Shown: positions 59,550 to 64,000 of the stretch, piece by piece
How positions within the stretch are numbered: position 1 is the stretch's first letter
How the letters are laid out: each line of letters starts with the position of its first letter
From: an uncultured Dictyoglomota bacterium
GTDB lineage: Bacteria > Dictyoglomota > Dictyoglomia > Dictyoglomales > Dictyoglomaceae
DNA: 64,000 nt
Reading direction: 5' to 3'
Assembly (NCBI GenBank): GCA_964654465.1
Contig: CAZZIO010000029.1
Span: 12,998-76,997, forward strand
Translations under genes and position numbers: made by a program
The notes under the pieces: model-generated
Database searches by the model: none
What the model was told of the DNA's origin: nothing
The model's input: the letters and a program-made list of their open reading frames with translations, nothing else

Positions 59550-60265
59550 AAAATGTAAGTTATTACTATACAAAAGAAAAAAAAGCCTTAAATTCTATAA
59601 GTTTAGAAATAAAAAAACAAGAAAAAGTAGCAATTTTAGGACCTAATGGTGCTGGAAAAACTACCCTTTTGAAAGTATTGGATGCTCTTTTATTTCCTCA
59701 GGAAGGTAAATTTTATTTTTGTGGAGAAGAGGTAGATGAAGATCGTTTTGAGGATCCAGAGTTTAACTATAAATTTAGAAAATCAGTAGTACTTCTTTTT
59801 CAAAACATAGATGCCCAATTATTTTTACCCACTGTGAGGGAGGAACTTTCCTTTGGACTTATACAACTGGGATTTCAGGAAGCAGAGATAGAAAGGAAAA
59901 TATCACAAATTTCGGATTTGTTTCGTATATCCCATCTTTTAGAACGTTCTCCCTTTCAATTAAGTGAAGGAGAAAAGAAGAAGGTTGCTTTAGCGTCTCT
60001 TTTGATCATTGATCCAGAGATTATTTTATTAGATGAGCCTACGAATGGACTTGATCCAAGAAGTGTAAGAGAATTTATAGAAATAATTGAGGAACTTCAA
60101 CATAATGGTAAAACTGTTATTACTGCTACTCATGATTTAAATACTGCCATTAAAATTGCAGATAAGTTTTATGTGATGGGAGAGGAGAAAAATATATTAA
60201 GAGTGGGAAATTATGAGGATATCTTTTTAGATGAGGATTTTCTTAGATTTGCTAATTTGATATAG
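59525..60265 (+). CDS. ECF ATPase (CbiO/NikO); start moved to ATG 59525
   Basis: GPNGAGKTT, LSEGEKKKV, LLDEPT, ATHD. Confidence 0.92.
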   Translation: MHGPIFKLENVSYYYTKEKKALNSISLEIKKQEKVAILGPNGAGKTTLLKVLDALLFPQEGKFYFCGEEVDEDRFEDPEFNYKFRKSVVLLFQNIDAQLFLPTVREELSFGLIQLGFQEAEIERKISQISDLFRISHLLERSPFQLSEGEKKKVALASLLIIDPEIILLDEPTNGLDPRSVREFIEIIEELQHNGKTVITATHDLNTAIKIADKFYVMGEEKNILRVGNYEDIFLDEDFLRFANLI

Positions 60266-60307
60266 ATCCTATTTTATAAAAACATAATTGTGATATAATT
60301 TTTTTCT

Positions 60308-61675
60308 ATGAAAATAAAAGATTTCTTTACAACTTATTTTGTAGAGGATGTAGAGCTTAAAAGAAGCTTAAATTTAGTAATTCTTGGAGTATGCTTTGGT
60401 ATAGTATTTTTTAACGTAACAACAGGAGCTCCTATTGCTGGTTTTGCAAAGGAACTTGGTTTTGGAGATCTACTTTATGGTTTTATGTTGGCTATGCCAG
60501 TTTTAGGTGGGGCTATACAACTCTTTGCATCTTATGTTTTAGAAAGAACAAAAAAGAGAAAGATAATCTTTTTTTTAGGCGGCTTTATTCAGAGAATACC
60601 TTGGCTTTTTATTCCTATATTACCCTTCTTTATATCTGACAAAAATCTTTTGTTTTCTTTAATTGTTTTTCTTTTAGCGATTACTGCTGTTGGAGGGGCA
60701 TTTATTAACGTAAGTTTTATGTCCTGGATGGGAGACTTGGTTCCTATTGAGATAAGGGGAAGATTCTTTAGTCATAGGAGTATGCTTGCAACCTTTGTTT
60801 CTTTTATTAGTGGGCTTAGTATTGGATGGTTTTTAGATAGGGTCCATGGATTGATAGGTTTTGCCATAGTTTTTATTTTTGCTACTATTTTAGGGCTTTT
60901 GGATATTTGTTGCTTTTTCTGGGTATATGATCCCCCTATGAAAAAATCTGATTTTTCTCAAGTCAATTTTAGAAAGATGATGAAAAGTGTTATTAAAGAT
61001 TCAAGGTTTTCCAATTTTCTCTTATTTGCCGTTTTTTGGAATATAGCATTAAATATCTCTGCTCCATATTTTAACATATACATGATTAAATATCTCAAGA
61101 TGAGTTATTTTGAAATAGCTCTTTATGTTCAGATTGTAAGTAATGTAATAACTATTCTTTCAGTCAGAATGTTGGGAAGATTAATTGATAGGTTTGGAAA
61201 TAAACCGGTTCTTATTATAAGCACATTAATTGTAAGCTTCTTGCCCTATATATGGTGTTTTACAACACCGAATAATTGGCTCTTTTTTGTAATATTAGTT
61301 CAAATATTTGCAGGTACTTTTTGGCCAGGAATTGATTTAACTTTTAATAATCTGGCTCTTTATCTTTCTCCTAATGAAAATAGGTCTTTTTATATTGCTG
61401 TTTTAAACTTTTTTGTAGGAATAGTTAATGCCTTATCTTTTATTTTGGGAGGATATATTATAGAATATGTGGCTCCACCAATAGTAGCCTTTATTAATAA
61501 TGTTACGGGATTATACCTTGTGGAATATCATTTAATATTTATATTGTCAGGAGTTTTAAGATTTATGTTTTCAAGAATATTTTTACCAAGGATACATGAG
61601 GAAAGGTCTAAGCCTGTAGAAGAGCTTAAAAACCATATTGTAAAAAAGATTAAGAATAAGATTGGGGTGTTCTAA
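60308..61675 (+). CDS. MFS transporter
   Basis: 12-TM pattern, SWMGDLVP..IRGRFF, GRLIDRFGNK. Confidence 0.85.
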   Translation: MKIKDFFTTYFVEDVELKRSLNLVILGVCFGIVFFNVTTGAPIAGFAKELGFGDLLYGFMLAMPVLGGAIQLFASYVLERTKKRKIIFFLGGFIQRIPWLFIPILPFFISDKNLLFSLIVFLLAITAVGGAFINVSFMSWMGDLVPIEIRGRFFSHRSMLATFVSFISGLSIGWFLDRVHGLIGFAIVFIFATILGLLDICCFFWVYDPPMKKSDFSQVNFRKMMKSVIKDSRFSNFLLFAVFWNIALNISAPYFNIYMIKYLKMSYFEIALYVQIVSNVITILSVRMLGRLIDRFGNKPVLIISTLIVSFLPYIWCFTTPNNWLFFVILVQIFAGTFWPGIDLTFNNLALYLSPNENRSFYIAVLNFFVGIVNALSFILGGYIIEYVAPPIVAFINNVTGLYLVEYHLIFILSGVLRFMFSRIFLPRIHEERSKPVEELKNHIVKKIKNKIGVF

Positions 61676-62678
61676 AACACATTAGTCCCAAATTATGATA
61701 AAATCAAAAATTAAGAATAGATGAAGAGAAATGATAAGGTCAAAGTATTCTTCTTGTAAAATGCTTCAATTAGTAAAAGAACTTTTGAGGGAAAACACAA
61801 TTTTAACTTCAAAAAAGATAGGCAGACCTAAGTCTTATGATGATGTGTTTATCATTTCTCTCTGGCTATTTCAAACTTTGCATAAGTTTTCCTATAGAGA
61901 GATTTTAGAATATGTCTCTCTTGAAGGGTATTCTGTTCCAGCTTTAGGTACCTATCATTATAGGGTTCAAAAACTTCCGAAGGAGGTTTTACAAGAGTTA
62001 ATTGAGAAGGTTGGGGAGATGTTTTTTCGGAGAGATGGAAGAAGATGGAAAGGTTTAGTAGTAGATGGGACACTGGATTTGGTTATCGAGAGAAATATGT
62101 TTTAGGATGGCTTCGTGGGACAGTTGCAAAGGAAGTTGCCTCACATGTTAGGGCTGTTTTATTAGTTGGGATAGATGAGAAGAAAAGGATAATTCTTTTG
62201 TGTTGTGAGGTAGTTTTTGCATATGCTTCTGAGGTTGAGATGTTGCGTAGACTTCTTGGTAGGGTTGATAAACTTTTGGGGTTACCTTTTATTGGAAACA
62301 AGGGATTTAATGCTGTAGACATATTGGAGAGGGTGAGGGGGCTTGGGTGTTAGTTGGCAGTTAAGATGAAAGAGACTTGGAGGGTTGGGATAAAACATCC
62401 ATTGAGGAAAGAATCCAAGGTTGGGGGGAGAGATAGGGAAAGGAAATGAGATATTTAATAGAGGGGGTTTTTGGTAACATAAAACTTAAACTAGGGTCAA
62501 AGTTTGCACTTATAAGAGAAGATTTAGCCTTGAAGAGAGCTTTAGCGGTATTTGCCCTTTATGCCCTTAACCTTATTTTTTTTCAATTTGTTATATTGCC
62601 TTTTTTTAAAATAATTGATAAAGACTTAAACAATTTTCTTATGAAAATTTATTGAATTTTATAATTTTCGAACATCCC
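61664..62678 (+). mobile_element. Degenerate IS5-like (DDE) insertion sequence, about 1.0 kb
   Basis: Imperfect 14-bp terminal inverted repeats GGGGTGTTCTAAAA / TTTTCGAACATCCC (12/14) flanking transposase fragments; no clear TSD; family call tentative. Confidence 0.7.
61731..62655 (+). pseudogene. Transposase pseudogene in three fragments
   Basis: GRPKSY, VDGT|GFG frameshift at about 62070 (ACAC, likely 2-nt duplication), GNKGFN where GDKGxD is expected, TAG at 62351, second shift to RYLIEGVFGNIK. Confidence 0.8.
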
Positions 62679-62730
62679 AGTTTTTATTTGAATTTAGATG
62701 TTATGCTATAATTTAATTGAGGTGATAAAT

Positions 62731-63021
62731 ATGAGCATCACTGAGGATTTCATAAAAAAGATAGCCAATAATTTAGGTATTAATTCTGAAGATGTTACTA
62801 AGGAAAGTATAAGAGCTTTCTTAAGAGAAAAAAGAAGGAAGATAAAGATAGATATATTAGAGATTCTTGATAGGTATAAAGTATCCTCTTCAATAGAACT
62901 TAAGAAAAAGATCTCTAAAGGGTAAGTTTCAGAACATCCTACATGGGAAGGCTTAATTCTTTTAGAAAATCTTGAGGAGACTCTTAAAATAATTGAAGAA
63001 GACCTCAAGAGCATACCTTAA
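62731..63021 (+). pseudogene. Antitoxin-like partner of DUF6516, interrupted by in-frame TAA at 62923
   Basis: SD GAGGTGA; frame continues past the stop as VSEHPTWEGLILLENLEE...IP*. Confidence 0.6.
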
Positions 63022-63288
63022 CTTGTTAAATATCGCATTAAATGAGTGTGGTTCAATCATTGAATATGGGGAGATAATATATACTCAGAGTCAAGAGCCA
63101 TGGAAATTGCGTCTGTACTTTTATGATGGAAGTTTTTTAGATATTTTTTTTCAAAATTAGGTAAATATTCATACCATTGGGAGAGAAGATTTATTGATAA
63201 ATCTATATATAGACACGATAACGCTCCTCATAAAAATTGGGAGAAAGTAAAGACTTTCCCAAAACGTTTCTTTATCCTCAATCTATAA
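62993..63288 (+). pseudogene. DUF6516 (TumE-like toxin) pseudogene, frameshifted and apparently 3' truncated
   Basis: KLRLYFYDGSFLDIFF, then after a shift at the T8 run (63144-63151) KYSYHWERR...IYRHDNAPHKNW..VKTFPK. Confidence 0.7.
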
Positions 63289-63289
63289 A

Positions 63290-64000
63290 AATTTGATACT
63301 AACAACAATCCAAAATTTATTAAACTGATTATCCTTTTCTCTAATTCTTCCAGAAGCCCTCTTGCTTTTCTTCTTTTCTCCTCCATCTTCGTTAAAAGAT
63401 ACACTTTGTCTCTTCCATCTTCATACTTTTTCTGTAGAGTTCCTAGCTCAGCATATTCGCTGGCAGGTTTGAAACATAAGCATAGAAATCTTCTTCCTCT
63501 TCATCTGAAATATATCCTCTCACAAAAACATTAGCTATTACTTTGTGTACTAAAACATTTTCATAAACTCCAGCTCCTAATTTCCGTAAAGGTTTTCCAT
63601 TTACATATACATTCCTATTTAACCTTATGATAAAATACGTCAACTCTGGATATGTAAACTCTCTATCAAATACAAAGACTGTTCCCTTGAGAAGAACAGG
63701 AAGGAGCAAAGATATGGCTTTTATGATTAAATCTACTTCGCCTTTCCATTTTAGCTTAGAAAAAGAATCAAATCTAACTGGAACAAGAAGGATAGGTAAA
63801 GCTCTACCTCCTATAGGAAGAAAACAAAAGAGTAGGGAGATTTTACTCTATTTATGATTAAATGAGCTAAACTTATTTGGACATCAATAAAATTCCATTT
63901 ATGGTTATGAAGAAATCTTCTAATTCTATTAACTAAAGCTTACTTCTTCTTTACTCTTTTTTGATAGAGGTAAATCTGGTAAAATATACATAGAAAATCG
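63290..64000 (-). pseudogene. IS4-family transposase remnant running off the window edge
   Basis: LPIGGRALPIL, VFDREF, YFIIRL, and after a stop ELYRKSMKMEE (degenerate YREK motif); stops and apparent deletions; left boundary approximate. Confidence 0.65.

Noticed and set aside
60289..60304. TGTGA half-site as a CRP box before the MFS gene
   Set aside because: No second half-site; better explained as an extended -10 element
62061..62080. Programmed frameshift in the IS5-like transposase
   Set aside because: No slippery heptamer; it looks like a 2-nt duplication, and further stops and a D-to-N change indicate decay

Overview
A 64-kb, low-GC, gene-dense piece of bacterial chromosome. The proteins look thermophile-like and overall resemble Dictyoglomus/Thermotogae; this taxonomy is inferred, not searched. 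Most of it is core or metabolic DNA. In order it contains: a GGDEF cyclase; a DUF4384/PEGA protein; hflKC; a dnaA without dnaN/rpmH or canonical DnaA boxes; a CRP-type regulator; rluD; rqcH; a ROK-regulated glucose-type ABC transporter; an alpha-glucan phosphorylase; a mannan/beta-glucoside cluster (GH2, GH130, GH1); tRNA-Asn; a DNA-repair-type radical SAM protein; pyk; an arginine cluster (argF, argG-C-J-D-carAB-argH, no argB) split by a CHASE2 Ser/Thr kinase and FHA pair; an archaeal-type NrpR operon; an RpiR/TRAP catabolic cluster; fprA; larE-nikR with a nickel ECF transporter; and a decayed end region (IS5-like element, DUF6516 TA pseudogenes, IS4 remnant). I found no CRISPR array, prophage or rRNA. 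The best leads come from the intergenic DNA: two unlisted small ORFs (35 aa and 59 aa), a CRP box near the class II activator position, a NikR-type operator, a ROK-type operator, an ARG box, four genes with a leaderless-mRNA signature, and an inverted repeat that brackets the beta-mannosidase promoter and can hide its ribosome-binding site. No single new system is proven by sequence alone.
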